Source: Thermodesulfobacteriota bacterium (GTDB lineage Bacteria > Desulfobacterota > Binatia > Bin18). Taken from it: a DNA stretch of 64,000 nucleotides. The stretch spans positions 1,216,001 through 1,280,000 of the forward strand of contig OZ219926.1 of the NCBI GenBank assembly GCA_964291405.2, in the 5' to 3' direction. Both the position numbers and the translations under genes were made by a program. The stretch's first letter is position 1; each line of letters starts with the position of its first letter. The notes below the pieces were generated by a model, which was given only the letters and a program-made list of their open reading frames with translations, made no database searches and was not told the DNA's origin. Below, one piece after another: positions 1-9,024 of the stretch.

Positions 1-102
1 GACGTGGGCTCCCTCTTTGACCAGGCGCTGGGCCATAGCCTCGCCCAGACCGTAGCTCGCTCCAGTAATGACCGCTACGCGATCTTTTAAACCAAGATCC
101 AT
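1..102 (-). CDS. SDR family NAD(P)-dependent oxidoreductase (5' part only, runs off the window)
   Basis: Manual translation from ATG at 102 gives MDLGFKDRVAVITGASYGLGEAMAQRLVKEGAHV with a TGxxxGxG Rossmann motif; AGGAGG-type RBS upstream. Not in the ORF track. Confidence 0.85.
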   Translation of the reverse strand, partial: MDLGLKDRVAVITGASYGLGEAMAQRLVKEGAHV

Positions 103-236
103 GTCTCCCTCCTTTCGACTTTATCGCTTATCAATTCGGGGTTGCGATATCAAATCGTGGGATGACTTTACAATACGGTGGGCAGGTACTAGAAGGTGAG
201 TTGCCATATGAGCAGATAATTCAGAAGGAGGCAACG

Positions 237-1457
237 ATGGCGATGGGACTGGACCAGGTACAACCAGCGGCCCCGCTGGATTTTTTAATGATTGATGCCG
301 ACCACCATTACTATGAGCCAGATGATTGCTTCACGCGTCATATGGAATCAGCCTATGCCAACCGTGCGGTCAATATCCGCAGAGGCGAGGGCAAGTTTGG
401 ACGGGTGTATATCGGCGATGAACGTATGCGATTTTTTAGCGTCATTCCTGGTGACCACACGGGCGGGCCTGGCGCACTGCAGGAATTTCTCAAGAACCAC
501 TCAGGCGAGGGCGATGGCCTGGTCTCGGGCGAGACTGTCTCAGCGCCAACATTTCCCGAATCAACAGACTACAACGTGCGGTTGCAAAAGATGAATGAAC
601 AAGGGATCGAGGCAGCCCTGATGCTTCCGACGCTGGGTGTCGGCATCGCGCATGAGCTCCGCCACGAGCCACAAGCCTTGTTCGCCAATTTGCGTGCGTT
701 TAACCGTTGGCTCGAGGAGGACTGGAGCTTTGGGAAGGATGGCCGTCTCTATGGTATTCCCGTCTTGTCGCTCGTGGATATTGACCTCGCAGTCGCCGAA
801 CTCGAACGGGTCCTCGCCTTAGGCGCGCGAAGTGTGAACTTAACGCCAGGTCCGGTCAATGGGCACTCGCCGGCAGATCCGCTGTATGATCCGTTCTGGG
901 CGCGCTGTCAGGAAGCCGGCATTCCGGTTGTGTTTCACCTGGGCAATGACGGCCTGACCGAAATATACTCTTCACAATGGAGTGAGAACCCCTCCCCTCC
1001 GAGCCACCGGCTCAGTCCGTTCCAACGGGTGATCGCTTCGACGGAACGCGCGACGGCTGACACCCTGAGCGCGCTCGTGTTCCACAATCTGTTTGGTCGA
1101 TTTCCGGGTCTGCAGGTCGTAAGCATTGAGAACGGGGCCACGTGGATTGCACCCTTACTCAAGGCCATGGACCACGCGGCGCGGTTGTCGGGTCCACGAG
1201 ATTGGACATTCGGACATGCTCCGGACCGACCCAGCGAAATTTTCAAGCGACACATTAAAGTCTCTCCCTTTCCGGAAGAGGACATTCCGGCGCTGGTCGA
1301 GGTCCTCGGGCCAGAAAACGTGTTGGCCGGTTCCGACTGGCCGCATCCTGAGGGATGTGCTGAGCCGATTGATTATGTGGAAGGGCTGGAAGGCTTGCCA
1401 CCTGAGGTGGTGCGTGCGGTGATGCGCGATAACACACAGAAGCTCTTTGGCGTCTAA
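237..1457 (+). CDS. Amidohydrolase family protein (Amidohydro_2 type)
   Basis: DADHH, VFH and GSDWPH motifs; start moved to ATG 237 after an AAGGAG RBS. Confidence 0.85.
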   Translation: MAMGLDQVQPAAPLDFLMIDADHHYYEPDDCFTRHMESAYANRAVNIRRGEGKFGRVYIGDERMRFFSVIPGDHTGGPGALQEFLKNHSGEGDGLVSGETVSAPTFPESTDYNVRLQKMNEQGIEAALMLPTLGVGIAHELRHEPQALFANLRAFNRWLEEDWSFGKDGRLYGIPVLSLVDIDLAVAELERVLALGARSVNLTPGPVNGHSPADPLYDPFWARCQEAGIPVVFHLGNDGLTEIYSSQWSENPSPPSHRLSPFQRVIASTERATADTLSALVFHNLFGRFPGLQVVSIENGATWIAPLLKAMDHAARLSGPRDWTFGHAPDRPSEIFKRHIKVSPFPEEDIPALVEVLGPENVLAGSDWPHPEGCAEPIDYVEGLEGLPPEVVRAVMRDNTQKLFGV

Positions 1458-1540
1458 CCCGGCCCCACAGGTCTTTACCTGTCCCACGGGTCAAACTGTG
1501 TGACCAATCCGTGGGGCCGTTCTCCCCAGGAGGGAACATC

Positions 1541-3208
1541 ATGGCACACATGGATCAACACCAGCCGCAAGGCAACGGAGCGGTCGAGCACTATGACGTG
1601 GTGGTCATCGGGGCGGGCTTTGGCGGCCTGTACGCCCTGCACCATCTGCGCGGGATGGGCCTTTCGGTGCGCGTCTACGACGGCGCTGCCGGCGTGGGCG
1701 GCACCTGGTGGTGGAACCGCTATCCCGGTGCACGGGTCGATTTTCCGGGCAGCCCCTTCTACTGCTACACGTTTTCAGAGGAGCTCGTGCGGGAGTGGGA
1801 CTGGCCCGAGACCCAGCCCGCTCAGCCCACGGTGCAGGCCTATTTGGAGTACGTCGCCGACCGATTCGACCTGCGCCGCGACATCCAGTTCGAAACCTGG
1901 ATGCGCAACGCCTGCTACGACGAAGAGGCGCAGCGCTGGATGCTCGAAACCAGCGCCGGCGAGCGCGTCTCGGCCCAGTTTCTGATCTGCGCGGTCGGCA
2001 CCCTCTCGGCGACGCATATGCCAGACATCCCTGGGCTCGACACCTTTACCGGCGAGTGTTACCACACCGGCCGCTGGCCGCATGAGCCCGTCTCCTTTGC
2101 GGGGAAGCGCGTCGGCGTGATCGGGACCGGCTCCTCGGGGGTGCAGGCGATTCCCGAGATCGCCCGCGAGGCGGCACACCTGACGGTGTTTCAGCGCACA
2201 CCGCAGTACAGCATCCCGGTCCGCAACCGTCCTATGGACCCCGAGGTGGTGCGGCAGGCCCGCGAGAACTGGGCTGCAATCCGAGCGAAGATGACCGCCT
2301 CACCCCTGGGCGCGCCGTTCGAGGTCTCCGAGCGATCGGCCTTCGAAGATACGCCCGAGCAGCGCCAGGCGCTCTACGAAGAGCTCTGGCAGCAGGGTGG
2401 CTTCCATATCCTCTTTGGCAGCTATGCCGACATCCTGACCAACAAGGAGGCCAACCGCACGCTGGCCGACTTCGTGCGCGGCAAGATCCGCCAGATCGTA
2501 CGCGACTCCGCGACCGCCGAGAAATTGATGCCCGACTACTACCTGGGCACCAAGCGCCAGCTCCTCGACGACGGCTACTACGAAACCTTTAACCGAGACA
2601 ACGTCGCTCTGGTCGACCTGCGCCAAGACCCGATTCAGGAGATCACGCCCGAAGGCATACGCACCGCCAACAGCGAACACCTGCTCGACATGCTCGTGCT
2701 GGCGACGGGCTTCGACGCCATCACCGGCGCGCTGGTGCGCCTCAACCCGAGGGGACGCGACGGCGTCAGCCTTGAGGAGAAATGGCGCACGCGCTTCGAC
2801 TCTTACCTCGGCATGACGGTAGCCGATTTTCCCAACCTGTTTATGATCCACGGCCCTGGGTCGCCCTCGGTGCTCTTCAATATGCCGCTCGGCGCCGAGC
2901 TCGAGTCGGCCTGGATCGGCGACTGCGTGCGCTACCTGCGTAAACACGGTCTGGGCGCCATCGAGCCGACCCCCGACGCTGAGCAGCGCTGGGACCGGGA
3001 GGTCGCCGCGATCGCCAACGAGACGCTCTATCCCCTCACCGACTCGTGGTACACAGGGGCTAACATCCCAGGCAAACACCGCCAGTTCTGCGTGTACCTG
3101 GGCGGTCCCGACTACTTCCGGCGCCTCTCCGAGGTCGCCTCTCAGGGCTACGAGGGCTTCGTGTTCGAGGAGGAGTCCCGTCAACTGACCGAGAAACTTG
3201 CCAGCTAG
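1541..3208 (+). CDS. Type I Baeyer-Villiger monooxygenase (cyclohexanone monooxygenase-like)
   Basis: GAGFGG FAD motif, GGTWWWNRYPG, BVMO fingerprint FTGECYHTGRWP, GTGSSG NADPH motif, ATGF; RBS before ATG 1541. Confidence 0.92.
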   Translation: MAHMDQHQPQGNGAVEHYDVVVIGAGFGGLYALHHLRGMGLSVRVYDGAAGVGGTWWWNRYPGARVDFPGSPFYCYTFSEELVREWDWPETQPAQPTVQAYLEYVADRFDLRRDIQFETWMRNACYDEEAQRWMLETSAGERVSAQFLICAVGTLSATHMPDIPGLDTFTGECYHTGRWPHEPVSFAGKRVGVIGTGSSGVQAIPEIAREAAHLTVFQRTPQYSIPVRNRPMDPEVVRQARENWAAIRAKMTASPLGAPFEVSERSAFEDTPEQRQALYEELWQQGGFHILFGSYADILTNKEANRTLADFVRGKIRQIVRDSATAEKLMPDYYLGTKRQLLDDGYYETFNRDNVALVDLRQDPIQEITPEGIRTANSEHLLDMLVLATGFDAITGALVRLNPRGRDGVSLEEKWRTRFDSYLGMTVADFPNLFMIHGPGSPSVLFNMPLGAELESAWIGDCVRYLRKHGLGAIEPTPDAEQRWDREVAAIANETLYPLTDSWYTGANIPGKHRQFCVYLGGPDYFRRLSEVASQGYEGFVFEEESRQLTEKLAS

Positions 3209-3360
3209 AGCAGTTTCCACCGTGGTGTAGCGAGGTGCTTTCCAGAGTTCTGTAGGGTGCATCCCATGCACCACCTTTCCCCGGTGCGCAGGGCGCACCC
3301 GACTTATCGGGAAACGCGCGGAGGCCGGTGGACGCTACACTAATGTGAATTTTGCTCTAG
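3205..3360. mobile_element. MITE-like non-coding element with about 28-bp imperfect terminal inverted repeats
   Basis: Left end CTAGAGCAGTTTCCACCGTGGTGTAGCG; reverse complement of right end CTAGAGCAAAATTCACATTAGTGTAGCG; both ends terminate in CTAG. Confidence 0.6.
3251..3303. repeat. GTAG-type REP doublet nested in the MITE-like element
   Basis: GTAGGGTGCATCCCATGCACC followed by the inverted unit GGTGCGCAGGGCGCACCCGAC. Confidence 0.55.
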
Positions 3361-3556
3361 CGGTTTCGTATACCGGAACCGGAGCATACGTTCTCGTACC
3401 ACAAGTCATCGGGCCGTCTATTATCGTTCCCCACTCTGATAACCCGACGGCCCCCCGTTGGTATTTATCGTCGGGGTCGCGTCCAGTACATTATGCGGGG
3501 CATAATGTAATCCCTGCCACTCAAAAACTGCCGGGTAATATTGGAAGGAGCTATGC

Positions 3557-4537
3557 ATGCACGACCCCAAGTTTGGATTACTTCTACCTGCGGACGACTT
3601 TGCCGCTGCCAAGCAGGCAGCCTTACAGGCGGAAAGCGACGGCTTTTACTCAGTATCGATGATCGATCACTTCTTTACTCCGCTCGGAGAACCTCAAACA
3701 CCTATGTTTGAGTGCTATACGACGCTAACGGCTATTGCCGCGGTGACCGAGCGTATCCGTCTCGCGCCATGCGTGACGTCCGTTTCGTTTCGCTCGCCGC
3801 CGATGTTGGCCAAAATTGCGTCTACCCTCGACAACGTCAGCAACGGCCGTCTAACGCTCGGGTTAGGCGCGGGCTGGAAGCCGGATGAATACCACGCTCA
3901 TGGCTATCCCTATCTCTCGAATCGGGAGCGATTGGATCAACTCGCGGAAGCCGTTCAGGTGGTGAAGGCGATGTGGACCCAGGAAGAACCGCGCTTTCAG
4001 GGCAAACATTTCTCGATTCATAACGCCTACAACAATCCCCGGCCCGTCCAGAAACCTCATCCGCCGCTGATGCTGGGTGGCTCGGGCAGCGGTCTGCTCA
4101 AGATCGCCGCCGCAGAAGCGGATATTCTGAATATCAACCCACCGGTCTTTAATGGCAAGGATTATCCGAACGATCCGGCTATGACCTTGAAGTTCAACAC
4201 GCCCTATTTGAAAAAACGGATTGGCATGCTGCACGGCTATATGGAAGAATGCGGGCGTGACCCACAGGAGATAGAGTTGGGTTCTTTAATGGTACTCCAC
4301 CTGACCCGAGACTCCGCAGACGCGGCACTCGCCCAAACCGCGGCTTTTCTCGGCTTCCCCGATGCCGACGCTGCGCTGCGGTCGCCCCTGACCTTGATGG
4401 GTACACCAGACAGAGTCAAACGGGATATCCACACTCGTATTGAGGAGATGGGTCTTACCTACACGATCGTTATCCCGGTCTCCCCAGAGTCTCATGAACT
4501 GTTTGTGCATGAGGTGATGCCTGAGTTTGTGTCGTGA
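3557..4537 (+). CDS. LLM-class (probably F420-dependent) oxidoreductase
   Basis: DHF, RSPPMLAK...LDNVSNGRLTLGLGAGW and PRPVQKPHPPLMLGG motifs. Confidence 0.88.
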   Translation: MHDPKFGLLLPADDFAAAKQAALQAESDGFYSVSMIDHFFTPLGEPQTPMFECYTTLTAIAAVTERIRLAPCVTSVSFRSPPMLAKIASTLDNVSNGRLTLGLGAGWKPDEYHAHGYPYLSNRERLDQLAEAVQVVKAMWTQEEPRFQGKHFSIHNAYNNPRPVQKPHPPLMLGGSGSGLLKIAAAEADILNINPPVFNGKDYPNDPAMTLKFNTPYLKKRIGMLHGYMEECGRDPQEIELGSLMVLHLTRDSADAALAQTAAFLGFPDADAALRSPLTLMGTPDRVKRDIHTRIEEMGLTYTIVIPVSPESHELFVHEVMPEFVS

Positions 4538-4568
4538 GGGGATCAGTCCAGTCGAACGGAGAAAAACA

Positions 4569-5336
4569 GTGAGCGACATCAAGCAATCCATACACGATCA
4601 GTTTGGTCGGGCAGCTGCGCAGTATAAAACCAGCCAGGTCCATGCCACGGGCGAGGATTTGGCCCGGATTGCCGAGCTGGTGCGACAGCAGGAACCGCCG
4701 TACGCCCTGGATGCGGGCTGTGGAGCGGGCCATACCTCGGTGGCCATCGCTCCGCATAGCCGCCGGGTCGTCGCCCTTGACCTCACTCCGCATATGCTGG
4801 AACAGGTCGAGCAGTTGGCCGCCGAACGTGGCTTCTCCCATATCGAAACACGTCAGGGTGATGTCGAACAGATTCCGTTCGCCGATAACAGCTTTGACTT
4901 GGTGGTCTCCCGCTATAGCGCCCATCACTGGCCGAACCCCCTGACGGCGCTCCAGGAATGCCAGCGCGTGCTGAAGCCCGGCGGGCGGTTTATCCTGAGC
5001 GATATTGTGTCGCCTGAAGAGCCGGCGTACGACACCTTCTTACAAACGTTTGAACTCCTGCGTGACGCCTCGCACGTCCGGGACCACACGCTTGCCCAGT
5101 GGCAGGCCATGTTTGAACGCAGCGGGTTTCAGTCACGTGTCGTTTCCACCTGGCGTCTGCCGCTGGACTTCCAGGCCTGGACGGCACGGATGGCGACTCC
5201 GCCGGCACGAGTCGCCATGGTGCAGCATTTGTATGATAGCGCGCCTGAGGAGATCCGAACGGCTTTCGCTATTCAAGACAATTACGATTTTGCCCTGTAC
5301 GGAGCGCTGTTTGAGGCGACCCGTCAGAGCGGCTAG
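4569..5336 (+). CDS. Class I SAM-dependent methyltransferase (UbiE/YafE-like)
   Basis: LDAGCGAGH, FDLVVSRYSAHHW, RVLKPGG; GTG start at 4569. Confidence 0.88.
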   Translation: MSDIKQSIHDQFGRAAAQYKTSQVHATGEDLARIAELVRQQEPPYALDAGCGAGHTSVAIAPHSRRVVALDLTPHMLEQVEQLAAERGFSHIETRQGDVEQIPFADNSFDLVVSRYSAHHWPNPLTALQECQRVLKPGGRFILSDIVSPEEPAYDTFLQTFELLRDASHVRDHTLAQWQAMFERSGFQSRVVSTWRLPLDFQAWTARMATPPARVAMVQHLYDSAPEEIRTAFAIQDNYDFALYGALFEATRQSG

Positions 5337-5348
5337 CGGGAGGCAGCC

Positions 5349-6575
5349 ATGGGCACGATAGTCTTACGCGACGGCGTCATCTTCGACGGCCATAGTCCCG
5401 AGTTGCTCGACGGGGCGGACGTCCTGATCGAAGACGGTGAAATCAAGGAGGTTGCCGAGCGGCCGCTCAAGACCGTCGGCGCCCAGGAAATCCGTCTGGG
5501 TGGGCGTTTTCTCATGCCCGGTCTGATCGACGCCCACTTTCACGCCTATGCCGCCCATGTCAATCTCGCCAGCCTGGACGATTGGCCCATGTCGCTTTTG
5601 AGCCAACACGCCCGCACGCTGCTGGAAGACGCTCTCCAGCGTGGCTTTACCAGCGTGCGAGATGCGGCCGGAGCCGACTTTGGCCTGGCCGCCGCGGTTG
5701 AGCAGGGCTTGATCAAGGGGCCCCGTCTGTTTTTCTCGGGCCGGGCCTTGAGCCAGACCGGCGGGCATGGCGATACGCGGCCGGTCAAACATTTTGAGCC
5801 GTGCGCCTGCGGGTTTCAGGGCTGTCTGTCACAGGTCGCCGACGGGGTGGACGCGGTCCGTCGGGCGGCCCGGGAAGAGCTGCGCAAAGGGGCACATCAG
5901 ATCAAAATCATGGCTACGGGCGGCCTCTCCTCACCGACCGACCCGGTGTGGATGCTGCAATACTCGGACGAGGAAATCCGCGCCGCGGTCGAGGAGGCAG
6001 CCTCGCGGCGCACCTATGTCATGGCCCACGCCTACACCGCGGAAGCCGTTGCCCGCGTCGTCAAGCTGGGGGTGCGCTCAATCGAGCACGCCAACCTGAT
6101 CGACCAACCAACCGCCGAACTGGTCGCCCAGCACGGAGCCTATGTCGTCCCCACCCTGGTGACGTATGAAACCCTCGGAGAGCTGGGCAAGGAGTTGGGC
6201 CTGCCCGAGGGCAATATCGTCAAGCTGAAAGAAATTCAGACCGCGGGGCTGACCTCGCTTGAGCGGTGTCGGGCGGCCGGGATAAAGCTGGGCTACGGAA
6301 CCGATCTGCTGGGGCCCCTACACGCCCAGCAGTGCCGAGAGTTCCTGATTCGACGAGAGGTCCTCAACCCCATCGACATCCTGCGCTCAGCAACGACGAT
6401 CAACGCCGAAATTCTGAACCAGTCGGGAAAACTTGGAACGGTTGCTCCGGGAGCGTACGCCGACTTGGTTGTGTTTGATGGCAGCCCGCTTGAAGACCTC
6501 GGGGTCTTACAGCCCGAGGCTGGCGGGCCGCAGCTGGTGATGAAGGCCGGCGCGATCTACAAGAACTCGTTGTGA
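5349..6575 (+). CDS. Metal-dependent amidohydrolase (Xaa-Pro dipeptidase / imidazolonepropionase-like)
   Basis: PGLIDAHFH, GFTSVRDAAG, QIKIMATGG, AHAY, IEHAN, YGTD. Confidence 0.88.
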   Translation: MGTIVLRDGVIFDGHSPELLDGADVLIEDGEIKEVAERPLKTVGAQEIRLGGRFLMPGLIDAHFHAYAAHVNLASLDDWPMSLLSQHARTLLEDALQRGFTSVRDAAGADFGLAAAVEQGLIKGPRLFFSGRALSQTGGHGDTRPVKHFEPCACGFQGCLSQVADGVDAVRRAAREELRKGAHQIKIMATGGLSSPTDPVWMLQYSDEEIRAAVEEAASRRTYVMAHAYTAEAVARVVKLGVRSIEHANLIDQPTAELVAQHGAYVVPTLVTYETLGELGKELGLPEGNIVKLKEIQTAGLTSLERCRAAGIKLGYGTDLLGPLHAQQCREFLIRREVLNPIDILRSATTINAEILNQSGKLGTVAPGAYADLVVFDGSPLEDLGVLQPEAGGPQLVMKAGAIYKNSL

Positions 6576-6642
6576 CGAGACGGTTTATCCGCAACTAACG
6601 GGAGGCCGTTTGTGCTGAGCGCCCTTCGCCTGGGCTCAGTAA

Positions 6643-6715
6643 GTAGGTCGGATTAGCGTAGCGTAATCCGACAAGGACGAGCTGTCGGCTTACGCCTGCG
6701 GCTAACCCGACCTAC
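6643..6715. repeat. GTAG-type REP doublet
   Basis: GTAGGTCGGATTAGCGTAGCGTAATCCGAC followed by inverted TGTCGGCTTACGCCTGCGGCTAACCCGACCTAC, between convergent genes. Confidence 0.75.
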
Positions 6716-6786
6716 AAGGCTGCTGGCGGATCAAGTCCGGCATGACGAGAGCGTACCGGTACGGCTACAACTTACCGTGAAACGCT

Positions 6787-7281
6787 CTAGCCTTCGACCT
6801 GTTCGGCGAGCCGCTGGGCCGTATCAATCAAGGGTTGGGTCAGCGCCGCCACCTCGGGGTCGGCACACATTATGATCTTGTCCGGGTCCGCAGCGAGGGG
6901 GTCAACGTCCACATGTCGGTGCGCAATGCGCCACTGTCCGTCCTGTTTCACCAAACGGTCCACGTAGCGCCCCTGGCCAAAGATCTTATACCCCCCTGGG
7001 GTCGCCAGCGCGGCCAGGACGCTAACCTGTCCGGTCGCTTCGTTCCCGTTGACCTCATACAGCAAATTACTGGTCATATGCCGACAGCGAATTTCCCGCA
7101 CGTGCACGCGGGCATATTCGCGCAGGGCCGCGTGACCGCGGACCACCCAGGTTGCGACCTGAAAACCTCCGTCGGGGGTGAAGCACTGCACCCAGGCTTC
7201 AGGCTCCAGGTTGTCTATCGCATGGGCATAGCGAGCACATAATTCTTGGATAGCGAGTTTCTCGATCCAGGTCTGTTCCAT
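6787..7281 (-). CDS. SnoaL-like / NTF2 family protein
   Basis: AIQELCARYAHAID...F..DG...CRH...GRYVDRLVKQDGQWRIAHR pattern; start ATG 7281 with GAGGT RBS. Confidence 0.85.
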   Translation of the reverse strand: MEQTWIEKLAIQELCARYAHAIDNLEPEAWVQCFTPDGGFQVATWVVRGHAALREYARVHVREIRCRHMTSNLLYEVNGNEATGQVSVLAALATPGGYKIFGQGRYVDRLVKQDGQWRIAHRHVDVDPLAADPDKIIMCADPEVAALTQPLIDTAQRLAEQVEG

Positions 7282-7457
7282 ACCGCACCTCTCTTTCTTC
7301 CCACTCTCTTTCATGAAGAGAACGCCGGATTCAAGAGTTATTGCGAGCTAAAGAGTAATGGTGCTAGGGATCGAGCAGAGGAACGCTCTCACATGCTCAT
7401 CGATCACCCGAGTGGCAATAACGTATTGATCACTTATCTTGGTCTCCATTCTTCACG

Positions 7458-8468
7458 ATGAATCGCTTCGGCATCTCTATGGGCATCAGTCCCCGCGAGC
7501 CGCTCGTCAAGGTCGGGGAGGTAGCCAAAGCAATTGAGGCGAGGGGGTTTGAGACCTTGTGGTTCATTGATTTTCAGCTCGGTCTGAAGGATGTCTATAC
7601 GGGCATGTCTCTTGCCGCTTTGGCTACCGAAAGGATCGCCATCGGTCCGGCGGTGACGAATGTGATCACCCGGCACCCAACGGTCACTGCCAACGCGATA
7701 ACCGCGCTGGACGAGCTTTCAGAGGAGCGCGCCCTGTTGGGGCTGGGCGTGGGTTGGTCGGCCGTGCAGGGGGCTGGCTATAAACCGTCTGCTGTGAACG
7801 AGGTCCGCGCCGGGATAAGTGCGTTCCGCCAGATGTTTACCGGCGAGGAGGTCGCCCTGTACGGTACGCGCGTTCAACTCGCGACTGCTCGCCGTCAGAT
7901 CCCGATCTACCTTGCAGCGGCCCAACCGCGCATGCTCCGCTTGTGCGGTGAAACCTGCGACGGGCTCATCCTCATGGGGGCCGCCGAGCCGGCCTTTTGC
8001 AACTGGCAGCTCAACTCTCTGTATGAAGGTTTGGAGAAGGCGGGCCGAAAGCGGAGCGAGCTCACCATCGACCTGTTTGTGACGATGAGTATCAACGAGA
8101 ACGAAAACCTGGCTCTCAATGATGTCCGCGCCTGGGCCACCAGTCAGGCGGCAACCTTCTCTACCTGGAAACACCTTCCCCCGACCTGGGAGCGTTTTCG
8201 GCCGGAGTTCGAGCGCGCGGCGCAGCACTACCAGTTGGTTGAGCACTTGTCCTTACGAGCCGGTCACAAAGAAATCGTGAGTGATGAGTTTGTGCAGTCC
8301 GTCGCTATTGCGGGTAATAGGCGCACGTGTATCGATCGACTGCACGAGTTGGCCCGGCTTGATATTGACCGGATTACGTTTGCTCTCCTGTCTGGGGGAC
8401 GGATACGCCGCTTAGACGAGTTGGCAAACCATGTGATGCCCGCCCTTGCCGGGGTCGAGCCGAGCTAG
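7458..8468 (+). CDS. LLM-class flavin-dependent oxidoreductase (Mer-like)
   Basis: GPAVTNVITRHPTVTANAITALDELS...LGLGVG; IPIYLAA. Confidence 0.85.
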   Translation: MNRFGISMGISPREPLVKVGEVAKAIEARGFETLWFIDFQLGLKDVYTGMSLAALATERIAIGPAVTNVITRHPTVTANAITALDELSEERALLGLGVGWSAVQGAGYKPSAVNEVRAGISAFRQMFTGEEVALYGTRVQLATARRQIPIYLAAAQPRMLRLCGETCDGLILMGAAEPAFCNWQLNSLYEGLEKAGRKRSELTIDLFVTMSINENENLALNDVRAWATSQAATFSTWKHLPPTWERFRPEFERAAQHYQLVEHLSLRAGHKEIVSDEFVQSVAIAGNRRTCIDRLHELARLDIDRITFALLSGGRIRRLDELANHVMPALAGVEPS

Positions 8469-8471
8469 GCG

Positions 8472-8810
8472 TCAGGTCAGAGGTATAAAATCGTATTCGC
8501 CGGCCTGCAAAACCAGGAACACGACTGACTCCTCCCCAGCGTTCGTCACAAGGTGAGGACGGCGTGGCCCCACTGCGTATGTCTCACCGGGTGCCAGGTA
8601 GATGTTTTCTTTGGGGTCTTGCATAAAGATACGCAGGCGGCCGTGGAGAACGTAGAAGGTATCCTGGACCTCGGTATGGAAGTGCCAGGGGACTTTCTGG
8701 CTTGGGCTGAGTTGCAGTTCGGCGATCTGAAATCCCGGTCGCTCGGCGTGGTAGACCAGACGCTCGACGTCCAATAGAGAACTCGGATTCTTGATCGGTT
8801 CCGTTTTCAT
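8472..8810 (-). CDS. Cupin domain protein
   Basis: PWHFHTEVQDTFYVLHG...PHLVTN cupin motifs; start ATG 8810. Confidence 0.85.
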   Translation of the reverse strand: MKTEPIKNPSSLLDVERLVYHAERPGFQIAELQLSPSQKVPWHFHTEVQDTFYVLHGRLRIFMQDPKENIYLAPGETYAVGPRRPHLVTNAGEESVVFLVLQAGEYDFIPLT

Positions 8811-9024
8811 TGGCGTGTTCCTCGTTGACTCGATCTCATGCGTAGATAAACCATGAGAGGCGAGTAAGGCAACGCTGGCCACGACTTCGCCGGAGAGAGA
8901 CACGTAGACAATTTTATCTTGTTTCTTGTCGGGGCTGGTGCTAGGCCGGCACTAGAGGGCCTGGAGAGAATCTGTCCGTTTGCTTTGTAGAGCGTTCGTC
9001 TCACAATCTAAGGGAGGGCTGGCC

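Noticed and set aside
2300-3298. Long antisense or alternative-frame ORFs (e.g. 2300-3298, 10239-11393, 17345-18379, 24230-25354, 38104-39054, 50754-51704, 60704-61723)
   Set aside because: They overlap well-supported genes, lack motifs and are typical shadows of GC-rich codon bias
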